Made by a program: the position numbers and the translations under genes. From Candidatus Micrarchaeia archaeon (GTDB taxonomy: Archaea; Micrarchaeota; Micrarchaeia; CAILAH01), in contig JAVZCB010000003.1 of NCBI GenBank assembly GCA_038874595.1, positions 1-64,000 on the forward strand: 64,000 bases of DNA. The letters run 5' to 3'. A model generated the notes under the pieces. The model saw nothing but the letters and a program-made list of their open reading frames with translations, was not told the DNA's origin and ran no database searches. Positions 20,268-31,233 of this stretch are shown here, piece after piece (the stretch's first letter is position 1; every line of letters begins with the position of its first letter).

Positions 20268-22004
20268 CTATAGTATGCTCTCAGGCTTTGCATTCTTCTC
20301 AGCAGCCTGTATTACCTTCTGTGGGTCTTTATAGAACGCCGCCATAATGCTCCCAATCTTATCAATCGACCTCGCATTATTCTTTCTCATCCAGTCAAGG
20401 ACTTTCCCTTTATTCTCTATATCCTCAACAATCTCATCGATGCTCATCCCGGCGTGGAGGCTAAGCTCTCCAAACACGCGTGTGCTCTCCCCAATTTTTT
20501 CAAACTCATCAGTTCTCACACGCCACCTATAAATCCTATTTAGGTTAATCTCACCGCCAACACCCAGGTTAACTTCATCAATCTCGTAAACCCTCCTTCT
20601 CCCGGTTTTCCTGTCCCTGTACATCACAACAATCAAATGCAGGGATTCAAGCTCCGTGTTTGGTATTGCAAAAGGCGGGTTTGTAAGCCGCCTCATAACC
20701 TGGTCGCCAGTATCCGCGTGTATTGTTGAATATACGGCATGGCCAGTATGCATCGCCTCAAACAGGACCTCTGCCTCTTCACGCCTTCTTACTTCACCCA
20801 CAATTACCCTGTCAGGCCTCATCCTAAGTGATGATACCATTAGGTCGAGCATATCCACCTTTCCTTTTCCTTCGACACTTGCACCGCGTGTTACCATCGG
20901 CACCCAGTTATATTTAAGGTACTGTGGCAGGCTTATCTCACGCGTATCCTCAATAGTTATTATGCGGTTTGCAGGTGGTATAAGTGCACACAGCGTATTG
21001 AGTGTGCTCGTCTTCCCGCTTGCCGTCCCGCCGACAACAAGTATATTCATCTCATATTGCATGGCCTCCCATAAGAACGCTGCCATATCTACACTCATCG
21101 TTTTAAGTGATTCATCAATGAAATCAACAATAGTCCACGGCTCGCGCACAAACCTTCTTATTGTTATTGTATCGCCGTATGCAGAGATAGGGAACAAGGT
21201 TGCATTTACACGGTCACCGGTTGGCAGATGTGCATCCATAATCGGGTTGAGAACATTAATCTCCTTACCGGATTTTCTTCCAATCTGTGTTGCAATATTG
21301 TATATTTCCTCCTCATTCTTGAACAGCATATTAGTTTTCAGCCAACCGTGTTTCTTATGGTAAACTACGATTGGCTCATAAGAACCATTAATTACAATCT
21401 CTTCCAGCAGGTCATCACTCATCAGCATCTCAATCTTGCCGAGCCCATATACTTCGTGGAGCAGCATACCTCCCATTACCTTTACTAACCGCTCATCAAA
21501 CTTCGGGAAAGATTCATTCACAAGCTTGAGGCACGCCCTGTAAAACCTGTCTTCAAGCAGGGTCGCCTTTCTATGGTCTATAATTTCACTTGGCTCGAGC
21601 GCAACCCTATGCGCAATGACACTTTTAAGGTAATTTAAGTACTCGCCAGTGTATGGCCCTAGCGAGACTCCCCTAATCTCATAAATTGGCAATGGATCTT
21701 CTTTAACATCAAGTATCCTTACGCTTGCAGGCACACCGTTAAGCTCAAGCTCATACTTATCAATCGCTTTCCCTTCTATCCTTGGCTGGAATTCCTCAGC
21801 AACCTGCTTCTTGAGTGACAGGGCAATCTTTCCGAGGCCTTTCTTCACATCTATAATCCCGGCATTTTCAAGTGATTCAGAAATTCTCATAATCTCCTGC
21901 GGCGTAAGCTTTGTGAGCCTGGCAATTTCCTCAACAGGAACATCCTGCTTCCCTTCAAGCGCCCTACAGATAATATCAACATTAGTGGAAATATCAAGTT
22001 CCAT
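20268..22004 (-). CDS. Type IV pilus/secretion ATPase (FlaI/TadA-like) with N-terminal winged-helix domain
   Basis: Walker A GGTASGKT, IEDTRE, LRMRPDR.IVGEVR, TGH...STIHA. Confidence 0.95.
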   Translation of the reverse strand: MELDISTNVDIICRALEGKQDVPVEEIARLTKLTPQEIMRISESLENAGIIDVKKGLGKIALSLKKQVAEEFQPRIEGKAIDKYELELNGVPASVRILDVKEDPLPIYEIRGVSLGPYTGEYLNYLKSVIAHRVALEPSEIIDHRKATLLEDRFYRACLKLVNESFPKFDERLVKVMGGMLLHEVYGLGKIEMLMSDDLLEEIVINGSYEPIVVYHKKHGWLKTNMLFKNEEEIYNIATQIGRKSGKEINVLNPIMDAHLPTGDRVNATLFPISAYGDTITIRRFVREPWTIVDFIDESLKTMSVDMAAFLWEAMQYEMNILVVGGTASGKTSTLNTLCALIPPANRIITIEDTREISLPQYLKYNWVPMVTRGASVEGKGKVDMLDLMVSSLRMRPDRVIVGEVRRREEAEVLFEAMHTGHAVYSTIHADTGDQVMRRLTNPPFAIPNTELESLHLIVVMYRDRKTGRRRVYEIDEVNLGVGGEINLNRIYRWRVRTDEFEKIGESTRVFGELSLHAGMSIDEIVEDIENKGKVLDWMRKNNARSIDKIGSIMAAFYKDPQKVIQAAEKNAKPESIL

Positions 22005-22055
22005 AACCCTAATTCTCGCGTAAAGCTTTTATTCTATCCCTGCCCTTGTATTAAA

Positions 22056-22121
22056 GAGATGATGAGTCTAGACAATTGCTGACCGGCTCTGGCCTATGAT
22101 GACATTGACTTGACTCTGATC
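22056..22121 (+). ncRNA. Box C/D guide sRNA (dual guide)
   Basis: C ATGATGA 22059-65, 13-nt guide, D' CTGA 22079-82, small hairpin, C' ATGATGA 22096-102, 13-nt guide, D CTGA 22116-19; intergenic. Confidence 0.88.
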
Positions 22122-22192
22122 AACTATTAATAACCTTGCAGAAATATTTCTGAATACTTGTGTGCTTACGCGAGTTGTATTCAACCAATAAC

Positions 22193-22627
22193 TTATTTTT
22201 TGCTGAACCTAAACCTATATCTATTTGGCCCACTCATTAACTTATGCAATTTGCTAACGTTTTTAATTGGGATTGCCCCTATTTTCCTAATCGTTGTTAC
22301 TGGTTTTTTTATTACCGTTTGTGCGAGGCTCTCATAATTTCTTGAATATCTCTCAAAGTAATTATCTGCAAGTAGCGACAGCGCATACAACGTCGTTGAT
22401 ACTCCCAATATGATATAAATAACAACAAATATTTTTCCATTACTTGTTTTTGGGAATAGGTCACCGTACCCTATCGTTGCAAGCGTTACAACCGAGAAGT
22501 ATACTGAATCAACAATATCCCACCCTTCAAGATAATGCATTGCAATTGTTCCTATAATGATATTGATTAAGACTAGCAAGACCGCCGTTGTAACCTTATG
22601 GTTACTAACAAATCCCATTTGCTCCAC
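22193..22627 (-). CDS. Minimal 2-TM potassium channel (no RCK domain)
   Basis: DSVYFSVVTLATIGYGD selectivity filter between two TM helices. Confidence 0.9.
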   Translation of the reverse strand: MEQMGFVSNHKVTTAVLLVLINIIIGTIAMHYLEGWDIVDSVYFSVVTLATIGYGDLFPKTSNGKIFVVIYIILGVSTTLYALSLLADNYFERYSRNYESLAQTVIKKPVTTIRKIGAIPIKNVSKLHKLMSGPNRYRFRFSKK

Positions 22628-22642
22628 ACCTTCACTTAAGAA

Positions 22643-22716
22643 TGGGGCTGCCCAGATTTGAACTGGGATCGCCTGCTCCCAAAGCAGGTAGCATAACCAG
22701 GTTGGCCCACAGCCCC
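22643..22716 (-). tRNA. tRNA-Pro(TGG)
   Basis: Cloverleaf GGGGCTG...CAGCCCC-A; anticodon arm CCTGC-TTTGGGA-GCAGG; TTCAAAT loop. Confidence 0.95.
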
Positions 22717-22750
22717 GCTGGATGAGATTAAGCCATGATAATTTAAAAAA

Positions 22751-23635
22751 TCAGATGTTAATTTCTAGCCCGTCCTCAGCAACAGTAGTATTCTTAAAAA
22801 TCCCTATTGCCTCTTCAAGGTGCGCCTTAACATCAGTATACCTATTGCTTATATGGGTGAGCACGAGCCGCTTGCACCCCGCCTTCTTTGCAATCTCCGC
22901 TGCATCCTTAGCAGTGGCATGCATCTTCTCATCCGCATCTTTCCTATCCTTCTCAATAAAAGTGGCATCCATAATCAGAAGGTCCGCATTCTTTGCGTTA
23001 ACCACAATATTTTCATCGTAAACAGCATCACCGCTGTATACAATCCTTTTCCCAGCTTTTTTCCACGTTACATCCTCCAGTGTAATCTCTTTTCCATTCA
23101 CTCTTATTTTACCCTCCCTTTCTATCTCCCTGAACATAGGCCCTTTTATCCCAAGCGATTTTGCCTTCTCCTCGTAAAATTTAAGCGAGTCGCTTTCCTG
23201 CAGCACAAACCCGTATGATTGCCTGCTATGTCTCACCCTGAACGTGCTGATGCTGAACTCATCACATTCATACACAACTTCTTCCCCACCAAACTCCTTT
23301 ACTTTTATAAACGGTGGCACATTACCAAGCAACAGGTTTTCAACAATTTCTTTTATCCCGACAGGGCCAATTATTTGAAGCTCACCATTATAATCCGAGA
23401 GCTGAAGTGTATACACAAGCCCAGGGATACCAAGAAAATGGTCCGGGTGCAGATGGCTTACAAGCACAGCAGCAGTCTTGAAATAGCTGAGCTTATGCTT
23501 CATCATCTGCCGCTGTACGCCTTCACACGCATCAAACAGGAACACCTTCCCTTCACTGCGTATCCCCAAACAGCTTACATTACGTGTGGGAGATGGGATT
23601 GACCCGCCACTGCCAAGCATAACTATCCTGAACAT
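22751..23635 (-). CDS. rnz: Ribonuclease Z
   Basis: LGSGGSIP, SHLHPDH, YSGD, THISNRY motifs and exosite arm. Confidence 0.93.
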   Translation of the reverse strand: MFRIVMLGSGGSIPSPTRNVSCLGIRSEGKVFLFDACEGVQRQMMKHKLSYFKTAAVLVSHLHPDHFLGIPGLVYTLQLSDYNGELQIIGPVGIKEIVENLLLGNVPPFIKVKEFGGEEVVYECDEFSISTFRVRHSRQSYGFVLQESDSLKFYEEKAKSLGIKGPMFREIEREGKIRVNGKEITLEDVTWKKAGKRIVYSGDAVYDENIVVNAKNADLLIMDATFIEKDRKDADEKMHATAKDAAEIAKKAGCKRLVLTHISNRYTDVKAHLEEAIGIFKNTTVAEDGLEINI

Positions 23636-23718
23636 ATACCTCGCTAAGATGAGATGCATAAATAATTAAAAGTATGAGAGGGTATGCATACCCCCAACTG
23701 CACCAAAAGCACGATCAG

Positions 23719-25113
23719 CTACTCTTCTGCACCCTTACGTGTATTCTTATTCAGGTATTTCTCTATGAACTCTCTCTTCACCCTCTTTAATTCCGTTTCA
23801 GGCACGATGCTCAATAGGTCCCAGGCAATCCCGAGCGTCTCCTCAATATGCCTATTTTCATCAAGGCCCTGCTGGATAAACCTCTTCTCATACTCATCAG
23901 CAAACTTTAGGTATTTCTTATCCCTCTCACTCAGCGCCTCCTCACCGACAACAGCGCTTAGTGCCCTAAGGTCCTTACCCTCAGCATACGCGGCATACAG
24001 CTGGTCCGCCACGCCCCTATGGTCTTCACGCGTCTTTCCTTTACCAATACCAAGGTTCATCAGCCTTGATAGTGACTGCAGCACATCAAACGGCGGGTAG
24101 ATGCCTTTCCTGTGGAGGCCCCTATCAAGTATGAGCTGGCCCTCCGTAATATATCCTGTCAGGTCAGGGATCGGATGTGTCTTATCATCACCAGGCATTG
24201 ACAGGATTGGGAACTGCGTCACACTGCCTTTTCTTCCCTTTATCATGCCAGCCCTCTCATAAATGGTAGATAAGTCCGTATACATATACCCAGGATATCC
24301 TCTTCTTCCCGGCACTTCATTACGCGCACTTGCAATTTCACGAAGTGCTTCAGCATAATTTGTCATATCTGTGAGTATTACAAGCACGTGCATATCCTTC
24401 TCAAATGCAAGATACTCCGCAGTGGTCAGCGCCATACGCGGTGTAATAATCCTTTCAACAGACGGGTCATCTGCAAGGTTAAGGAATAGTACTGTCCTGT
24501 CAAGTGCACCGCTCTTCTCAAAGCTCTTCATGAAAAAGTGCGCCTCCTCATAAGTGATACCCATAGCTGCGAACACCACTGCGAACGCGCTCTCCTGCCC
24601 AGGCACAGTAGCCTGCCTTGCAATCTGCACTGCAAGCTCATTATGCGGTAATCCTGCACCCGAGAAAATAGGCAGCTTCTGCCCCCTTACAAGCGTGTTC
24701 ATCCCGTCTATAACAGACACACCGGTCTGGATAAACTCGCTTGGCTGTGCACGCGAGTATGGATTGATTGCCTGCCCAGTAATATCTATCTTATCTTCTG
24801 CAACAACTGCGGGCCCGTTATCGCGCGGCTCGCCAAGCCCGTTAAACACCCTTCCAAGCATATCCTCGCTCACACCGAGCCGCATCGTTTCTCCAAGGAA
24901 CCTTACGCGTGTTGTTGGCACATCAATCCCGGTGGTTGCACCGAATATCTGGACAACCGCAAGGCCTCTTGATGTGTCAAGCACCTGCCCCTTAACGCGC
25001 TCACCGTTTGGCAGGATAATCTCAACAAGCTCGTTGTAAGCCGAGTTCGGCACATCTTTCACGAACAGCAACGGCCCAGCAACCTGGTCAACTGTCTGGT
25101 ATTCCTTAATCAT
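23719..25113 (-). CDS. atpB: A/V-type ATP synthase subunit B
   Basis: [44 protein letters not shown]. Confidence 0.97.
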   Translation of the reverse strand: MIKEYQTVDQVAGPLLFVKDVPNSAYNELVEIILPNGERVKGQVLDTSRGLAVVQIFGATTGIDVPTTRVRFLGETMRLGVSEDMLGRVFNGLGEPRDNGPAVVAEDKIDITGQAINPYSRAQPSEFIQTGVSVIDGMNTLVRGQKLPIFSGAGLPHNELAVQIARQATVPGQESAFAVVFAAMGITYEEAHFFMKSFEKSGALDRTVLFLNLADDPSVERIITPRMALTTAEYLAFEKDMHVLVILTDMTNYAEALREIASARNEVPGRRGYPGYMYTDLSTIYERAGMIKGRKGSVTQFPILSMPGDDKTHPIPDLTGYITEGQLILDRGLHRKGIYPPFDVLQSLSRLMNLGIGKGKTREDHRGVADQLYAAYAEGKDLRALSAVVGEEALSERDKKYLKFADEYEKRFIQQGLDENRHIEETLGIAWDLLSIVPETELKRVKREFIEKYLNKNTRKGAEE

Positions 25114-25114
25114 C

Positions 25115-26875
25115 TTATACACCCCTCCTGAGGTCAGCCATCTCTTCATCAATCTCCTTATGGATCTGGCTGAACGCCGCCTCCATCTTATCATTCGGCG
25201 GTATCTCTTTCATGCGTGCAATCTTTTCTAATATTTTCTGCCTCTTCACAATCTCCTTGTAAGGCACACCTGCCTTGATTGTATCGACAATCCTGTTATG
25301 CATATGCAGAATCGTTTTCAGCATCAAATACTGCTTTGTGATTGGCGTGTACATATCATAATCAACATATGCACTCTGCTGCAGAAAATCTTCCCTCAGC
25401 ATCCTAGCAGTCCCAAGCACGGCCTGCTCGGTATCCGGCAACGCGTCTGCACCAACAAGCTGGACAACTTCCTGCAGCTCGGCCTCTTTCTGGAGCAGTT
25501 TCATTGCCTCGTTCCTGTTAGCAACGAAATCCTGTGCCGCTTCCTTCCCGTACCATTCTTTCAATGAATCAAGGTACAACGAATAGCTCCTGAGCCAGTG
25601 TATCGCAGGGAAGTGCCTCCTGTATGCGAGCGGTGCATCAAGCGCAAGGAACGCTTTTGTGACCCTGAGCGTATTCTGGGATACCGGCTCTGATATATCA
25701 CCACCCGGCGGTGATACTGCCCCAATCATTGTTACCGAGCCGTGCCTCTTATCCTGGCCAAGGCATACAACCCTTCCAGCCCTTTCATAGAACTCTGCAA
25801 GCCTCCTCCCGAGATATGCTGGGTATCCTTCCTCACCAGGCATCTCTTCAAGCCTGCCTCCTATTTCCCTCATCGCCTCTGCCCATCGCGATGTCGAGTC
25901 TGCCATGAGCGCTACATCATACCCCATATCCCTGTAATACTCGGCAATCGTAACCCCTGTATAAATACTCGCTTCACGTGCGGCCACAGGCATGTTTGAT
26001 GTGTTTGCAATCAGCACAGTCCTTTCCATAAGCGGCTTCTTTGTCCTCGGGTCTTCAAGGTGCGGGAACTCGCTTAGCACCTCAGTCATCTCATTGCCGC
26101 GCTCACCACAGCCAATATAAACTACGATCTGCGCATCACTCCATTTTGCAAGCGATTGCTGTGTCACCGTCTTGCCGGAACCGAACGGCCCCGGAATACA
26201 TGCAGTACCTCCCTTTGCAATCGGGAAGAACGTATCAACAACACGCTGGCCGGTCATAAGCAAGACGTTCGGTGGCAGCTTTTCTGCATAGGGTCTCCTT
26301 CTTCTTACCTCCCATTTCTGCATAAGCTTTATCTCGTGCTCGTTTCCACCCTCCTTCACCACCGCCACAACCTCATCAACAGTAAACTTGCCACTTTTGA
26401 TTGATTCAATCTTTCCTGAAATGTTTGGGGGGACCATAACTTTGTGCACAATCGTATCGGTTTCCTGCACTGTACCAATCACATCCCCGCCATACACCGT
26501 TTCGCCTTTCTTTGCGGTTGCCTCAAACTCCCATTTCTTATCCCTATCAAGCGTGTTCACTGTAAGCCCTCTCCCAATGAACGAGCCGGACTTCTCCTCA
26601 ATCTTATCAAGCGGCCGTGCAATCCCATCCATAATGGATTTGAGCAAGCCCGGCCCGAGCTCCACTGAAAGTGCCATTCCAGTATTCTCAACAGGCTCGC
26701 CTGGCCGTATGCCAGATGTATCCTCATACACCTGGATAAATGCTGAATCGCCGTTAAGGCGTATAATCTCACCAATAAGCCCGGCCTCACCAACCCTGAC
26801 CAGGTCATACATCTTAGCACCGCTCATGCCTACAGCGGTAACAACCGGTCCAGAAATCCTATGTATTGTCCCCAT
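25115..26875 (-). CDS. atpA: A/V-type ATP synthase subunit A
   Basis: [27 protein letters not shown]; no intein. Confidence 0.97.
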   Translation of the reverse strand: MGTIHRISGPVVTAVGMSGAKMYDLVRVGEAGLIGEIIRLNGDSAFIQVYEDTSGIRPGEPVENTGMALSVELGPGLLKSIMDGIARPLDKIEEKSGSFIGRGLTVNTLDRDKKWEFEATAKKGETVYGGDVIGTVQETDTIVHKVMVPPNISGKIESIKSGKFTVDEVVAVVKEGGNEHEIKLMQKWEVRRRRPYAEKLPPNVLLMTGQRVVDTFFPIAKGGTACIPGPFGSGKTVTQQSLAKWSDAQIVVYIGCGERGNEMTEVLSEFPHLEDPRTKKPLMERTVLIANTSNMPVAAREASIYTGVTIAEYYRDMGYDVALMADSTSRWAEAMREIGGRLEEMPGEEGYPAYLGRRLAEFYERAGRVVCLGQDKRHGSVTMIGAVSPPGGDISEPVSQNTLRVTKAFLALDAPLAYRRHFPAIHWLRSYSLYLDSLKEWYGKEAAQDFVANRNEAMKLLQKEAELQEVVQLVGADALPDTEQAVLGTARMLREDFLQQSAYVDYDMYTPITKQYLMLKTILHMHNRIVDTIKAGVPYKEIVKRQKILEKIARMKEIPPNDKMEAAFSQIHKEIDEEMADLRRGV

Positions 26876-26879
26876 ATTA

Positions 26880-27197
26880 TCAACCCTTTTTCAAGTCAAA
26901 CCCAAGAGCGCGCTTGACAAGCGCCTCCAGGCTCTCGCTCTCAACTGTCTTGCTGCCGAAATCCGGCACCGTGACAACGCTGGGCTTTGCAATCGTTTCA
27001 ATTTTCTTTTTCAGCGCCCAGCTGAGCATTGAATATGACCCATCATCCAATATAATGACACCTACATCATCACGCTTAAGCAGCCCCTCTATAAGTGTAC
27101 TCATATCCTTGACATCCTCCCTGTGATAACACTCCTTGACACCTGCAAGGCGCAGCCCATTGCACATCTCTTTTGAGCCAACCGCAACAATTTTCAT
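26880..27197 (-). CDS. atpF: A/V-type ATP synthase subunit F
   Basis: MKIVAVG....GLRLAGV and LVKRALGFD; operon position. Confidence 0.93.
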   Translation of the reverse strand: MKIVAVGSKEMCNGLRLAGVKECYHREDVKDMSTLIEGLLKRDDVGVIILDDGSYSMLSWALKKKIETIAKPSVVTVPDFGSKTVESESLEALVKRALGFDLKKG

Positions 27198-27210
27198 CTG
27201 GCATTCACCC

Positions 27211-28194
27211 TCAAATCATTATCAGTCGCGGCTTAATCTCCTCAGGTTTGAGGACACCCTTCGATACTGCTATGCTCCTCAGGTTTCTTCTTTCGATATC
27301 AAGCCGATTTATGAACCCAATAATACCAGCCATTGAGAATGGGTTTGAATTACCAGCTTTCATAATCCAGAGCATAAGCTTTCTTTCGTACAACTCTTCC
27401 ATCCACGACAGGTCACCTTTGCTCTTATCGTAAATGTCACCAACCCCGAACAACCTCACAATCGCATCGATACCTTCACTGGAGGCCTTCTTTACCTTAT
27501 CAAGCGGTACACTACCGCCGCTTATGTAGGTGACATTCCAGCCAAACTTGTGCGCGCGCAGTGCAAGGTCAAAATTCTTGTAATCGATTATTTTCTCGAT
27601 ATATATGCGAACCTCTGGCTCATCTTCGCATAATCTCTTGAGCTCTGCAATCCTCCTATAATATGCCCTCTCAATATCATCAACAATATGTGCGTACTCC
27701 TGCGAATTGCTGCTTATTGTATACCCCATCTCTGTCACAATCCTTTTCAGAAGCTCAATGTCCTTAACCGCGCGCAGCCTCTCAAGCCGCCTTCCGCTTA
27801 TTGCACCCGCAGGCACATAATCATATGTAAAGTCCCCGCCTTTCATAGCCTCAAGGAAGAGCAGCTTGAGATTGTACACTTCAATCTTGCCAATTGCAAC
27901 ATACAGCAAAGGAAGCTTTCTCTTATTGTGTACCATCCCCTCAATCTGTGCGATTTTTCTACCCATTCGCTCCATAAGTGCGCGTGCAACAAGCATCGTA
28001 CCACCATATCTTGTGCGTAGCGCCTCAATATGCTCTGCATATGCAGTGTTAAGCATAAGCTCAAGCATCGCATCAACAGTGGCAACATCGCACATAGCAT
28101 TCATAGTGGCACTATCAACGAACTGTGTACGCGCAGCACGTAGCCTCGCATTGGCATACCCAAACTCCCGTGCACGTATATTTATGTCCTCCAT
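27211..28194 (-). CDS. atpC: A/V-type ATP synthase subunit C
   Basis: GYANARLRA, D..N and E..NLR.I motifs; operon position. Confidence 0.88.
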   Translation of the reverse strand: MEDINIRAREFGYANARLRAARTQFVDSATMNAMCDVATVDAMLELMLNTAYAEHIEALRTRYGGTMLVARALMERMGRKIAQIEGMVHNKRKLPLLYVAIGKIEVYNLKLLFLEAMKGGDFTYDYVPAGAISGRRLERLRAVKDIELLKRIVTEMGYTISSNSQEYAHIVDDIERAYYRRIAELKRLCEDEPEVRIYIEKIIDYKNFDLALRAHKFGWNVTYISGGSVPLDKVKKASSEGIDAIVRLFGVGDIYDKSKGDLSWMEELYERKLMLWIMKAGNSNPFSMAGIIGFINRLDIERRNLRSIAVSKGVLKPEEIKPRLIMI

Positions 28195-28205
28195 TCCACA
28201 CCACA

Positions 28206-28781
28206 CTATTTAAAGAGCTTCTTGTACACGTAAGCTTTGATATCAGCTTCCTTATCGCGTATGAGTGTTGCAAAGGTAAGGTCTATGAGCACACCCTTCT
28301 CAGGGTTGCGCACTATAATCCCACCGTTGATATCCTGGTTAGTTTTAATCTTATCATTCTTTCCAATAACCTCCTTTACAACCGCAGCATCCGCTTTCGC
28401 ACACTCAATCTCAAGAGGGGCATCTCCAAGACCTTCCTTGGCGCGCTTGTACAACTTTTCAATGACTTTTTTGTAGTCTCCTTTCTTACCCCTGATCTCC
28501 TGCAACCTCTCAACCACGTTTTCCATAACTTTCATTGCGATTGCATCTTTTGACATCTGGAGCTCCTTCTTCGCTTCAAGCCGTGCAGCAGCAACGCGTT
28601 CCTCCATAGCTTTTGCGGCCTCTTTCTCATACGCTGCGAGCTCCTCTTTTCTTACAGATTCAAGGCGCTCGCGCTCCCTCTTCAGCATTTCGCGGACTTC
28701 AATCTCGGCCGCACGCCTAATGCCATCCGCCTCTCTCTCGGCTTCCTTGATGATGGCGTCTGCAACCGCCTCTATCTTCAT
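28206..28781 (-). CDS. atpE: A/V-type ATP synthase subunit E
   Basis: N-terminal coiled coil and GGIIV.....V.ID.TF motif. Confidence 0.9.
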   Translation of the reverse strand: MKIEAVADAIIKEAEREADGIRRAAEIEVREMLKRERERLESVRKEELAAYEKEAAKAMEERVAAARLEAKKELQMSKDAIAMKVMENVVERLQEIRGKKGDYKKVIEKLYKRAKEGLGDAPLEIECAKADAAVVKEVIGKNDKIKTNQDINGGIIVRNPEKGVLIDLTFATLIRDKEADIKAYVYKKLFK

Positions 28782-28791
28782 CTAAACCACT

Positions 28792-29088
28792 TTAGTGTGC
28801 AGTAGCCCCACCACTGATTGCACCAATGAGTGGCTGCCCTATCAGCACGATGAGCAATGCGGATATTGCAAGTGCAAGTATTGCAGTCGTTTCAGGAAGT
28901 GCAACGTAAATCAGCATGTTTCCTGACAGCTCTGGCCTTTCAGCAATTGCACCTACAGCAGAGCTCCCGATTGCAGCCTGCGCATTTCCGGTAGCAATCG
29001 CACCAAGCCCCATGCTTATCCCTGCACCAATTGCAGCAAGGCCGATTGCCCAGCCATAATCCACAACCTTCAACACTTCTTCCACCAT
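28792..29088 (-). CDS. atpK: A/V-type ATP synthase proteolipid subunit K (c)
   Basis: Single hairpin; AQ..IG...VGA.AE.PE and ALPET. Confidence 0.93.
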   Translation of the reverse strand: MVEEVLKVVDYGWAIGLAAIGAGISMGLGAIATGNAQAAIGSSAVGAIAERPELSGNMLIYVALPETTAILALAISALLIVLIGQPLIGAISGGATAH

Positions 29089-29093
29089 AGATT

Positions 29094-30905
29094 TCACCTC
29101 TTTTCTCGGGGTTCAACCCCGTGAGTATCAACCATCCTGAACGGGCTGAACGGCACGCCACCTCCCTTGAAGAATTTTGAGAAGAACTCAACTGCGTGCA
29201 GCCTGCCTCCTTGTATAAGTGATTCAAAAGCCGCCAGCCCAATTGCAACAAGATGCGCTACAGAGAACATAACAATCGTAACAACCATCAATATACCCTG
29301 GCTCGGGTCCGGCCTCATCATATTTATGAGGAGCGCAAGTATAACCCCGGACAGCCCCACCGCTGCCAGCCTTGCATAAGACATTATATTAGCAACCATC
29401 CCAGGTATTTCAATTAGGCCTATCACACCTTCAGTTATCACGATTCCGATCACTGCAAGCACTGCTGCGGCAGCACCCATGCCCAAATCAACAGCCATAA
29501 CCACAAGCCCTATCTCAAGAACAACCCAGCACGCCTTTGCAATTGCATGTTTCCATTCCTTATGCATAACCCCCTCAATCATGCCGAGCAGGTTGCCGAG
29601 CATTATGTGCAAAGCACCTATCCCGATTGTAAGCAGAAGGAGCGATACAACCCCGTGTAGCCTGTTGATTAGCGGGAACTGCGTGCCAAACAGCGTAAAT
29701 TCAAACTCAAACCCGAAGAACTCACAGAACACTATCCCCCACAGCACACCCCAGAAAGATGATATGAATATAACCTTCATCAAGTCGCCTAATATCCCTC
29801 TCATCTTGTTCATGTAATATGCTGATAGCAGCAGGAGGACGAGCGAATACCCAACATCACCGACGATTATCCCAAACATTATCGGGAGCGTGATTGCAAT
29901 AAGGTTTGTAGGGTCAATCTCATCACTCCTTGGTGTTGATATAAACCTCAACAGCGATTCGAACGGCTTCAATGGTGCAGGTGTCTTCAGTGCGGTTGGT
30001 GGCAGCTCACCATGGTGCGGCTTCTCAATCGACATCCCTGTATAATCCCTGTGTGCGGCCATCACGCGCTCAAGCTGCTCCTTATCCCTTTCGCGTATCC
30101 ATCCCCTGATGAAATAAAGGCGCTCACTCTCACCAAACTTAAGCACCGCGTTTGCGCGCTCGATCTCAACCTGCAACCTGGCATAATCCCTGGTTATACT
30201 GCCCATAATGAGTGCAAGCTTTTTTCGTATTTTCTCTTTTGCATCGGCAGCGCGCCTTTCAGCAGCTCTCCGGGCATCACCTATTTTCCTTATCTCCTCC
30301 TTGACATTTGCTATGCCCTCATTTATCTTGATAGGCAGGAGCCCAAACTCCTTTGCAATCTCCCTTATACTTTCCTTATCCGCAGAGCTCCCTGCAATTA
30401 TTATGTATGCCTCTTTCTCACCTTTGCTGTACTCAAAATCCAATCCCTTTCTCTCGCACGCAATCACAACGTGCGACACCTTTGCAGGCGCACATTCAAA
30501 AATTTCATAGTGGACTTTCTGTGATGACGGCAGCCTGTTTATTCTAAGTTTTCTCAGTATTTCTACACTCTCCATCTTCTTTGATAATTCCTCAACAATC
30601 CTCTGTGCATCATTTATCTCTCCATAAAGCCCAACTATTTCCTGCAAATCAGCACGCGAATATTTCCCTTCCTTACCGCTCCAGACGCCAATCTTCTTTC
30701 CGATACTTATAACATCCCTGAGGAGAGATGCATCCTGTGACAGCATATCCATCTTCCTAAGTGGTGATGCACCTTTCACCCATTCCCCGCTTTCCTTATC
30801 AACTACAAGATGCACAAGGCCAGCTTCGTGCAGTGTCCTGACTACCTGCTCCACCTGGCTCTTTAGCGTTACTACCTCAACCTTAAGCATCTTTTCAGGC
30901 AGCAT
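29094..30905 (-). CDS. atpI: A/V-type ATP synthase subunit I (a)
   Basis: P...EIDPT, GDVGY, SYARL.A, RLH.VEFFSKF. Confidence 0.95.
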   Translation of the reverse strand: MLPEKMLKVEVVTLKSQVEQVVRTLHEAGLVHLVVDKESGEWVKGASPLRKMDMLSQDASLLRDVISIGKKIGVWSGKEGKYSRADLQEIVGLYGEINDAQRIVEELSKKMESVEILRKLRINRLPSSQKVHYEIFECAPAKVSHVVIACERKGLDFEYSKGEKEAYIIIAGSSADKESIREIAKEFGLLPIKINEGIANVKEEIRKIGDARRAAERRAADAKEKIRKKLALIMGSITRDYARLQVEIERANAVLKFGESERLYFIRGWIRERDKEQLERVMAAHRDYTGMSIEKPHHGELPPTALKTPAPLKPFESLLRFISTPRSDEIDPTNLIAITLPIMFGIIVGDVGYSLVLLLLSAYYMNKMRGILGDLMKVIFISSFWGVLWGIVFCEFFGFEFEFTLFGTQFPLINRLHGVVSLLLLTIGIGALHIMLGNLLGMIEGVMHKEWKHAIAKACWVVLEIGLVVMAVDLGMGAAAAVLAVIGIVITEGVIGLIEIPGMVANIMSYARLAAVGLSGVILALLINMMRPDPSQGILMVVTIVMFSVAHLVAIGLAAFESLIQGGRLHAVEFFSKFFKGGGVPFSPFRMVDTHGVEPREKR

Positions 30906-30921
30906 CAAAACCAAACCTCAT

Positions 30922-31233
30922 CTATTCAAGCACAATTTCAAGAACATCCTCAGCAACTTTGCTGATTGCACTTTTTTTTACATCAGAAATGTTTTCCATC
31001 TCCTTTTCTTTCTGCTCCTCAATCTTTGCAATCTTTTTCTCTCCCGCAGCCTCAAACTTTTTGTACAGCAATTCCTTCTCCTTCCTAAGCTCGGCCTCCC
31101 ATTGCTCTCTCTCCTCAACCAGCCGCTTATTTCCCTCTTTCCTGATTTTCTCGGCGTCAGCCTTCGCTTTCTCAATAATCTTGCGCGCCTCCATCTCATT
31201 TTTCCTCAGGAGCTCAAACTTATCATCAATCAT
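30922..31233 (-). CDS. atpH: A/V-type ATP synthase subunit H (peripheral stalk)
   Basis: Highly charged helix E.EA..IIE.A...A; GGAGG SD; first gene of the operon. Confidence 0.8.
   Translation of the reverse strand: MIDDKFELLRKNEMEARKIIEKAKADAEKIRKEGNKRLVEEREQWEAELRKEKELLYKKFEAAGEKKIAKIEEQKEKEMENISDVKKSAISKVAEDVLEIVLE

Noticed and set aside
18408-22004. Archaellum operon
   Set aside because: No archaellin, FlaH or accessory genes adjacent; an ATPase plus two TadC-like genes fits a type IV pilus assembly locus
25115-26875. Intein in ATP synthase subunit A
   Set aside because: Normal length (586 aa) with a continuous [11 protein letters not shown] sequence at the usual insertion site
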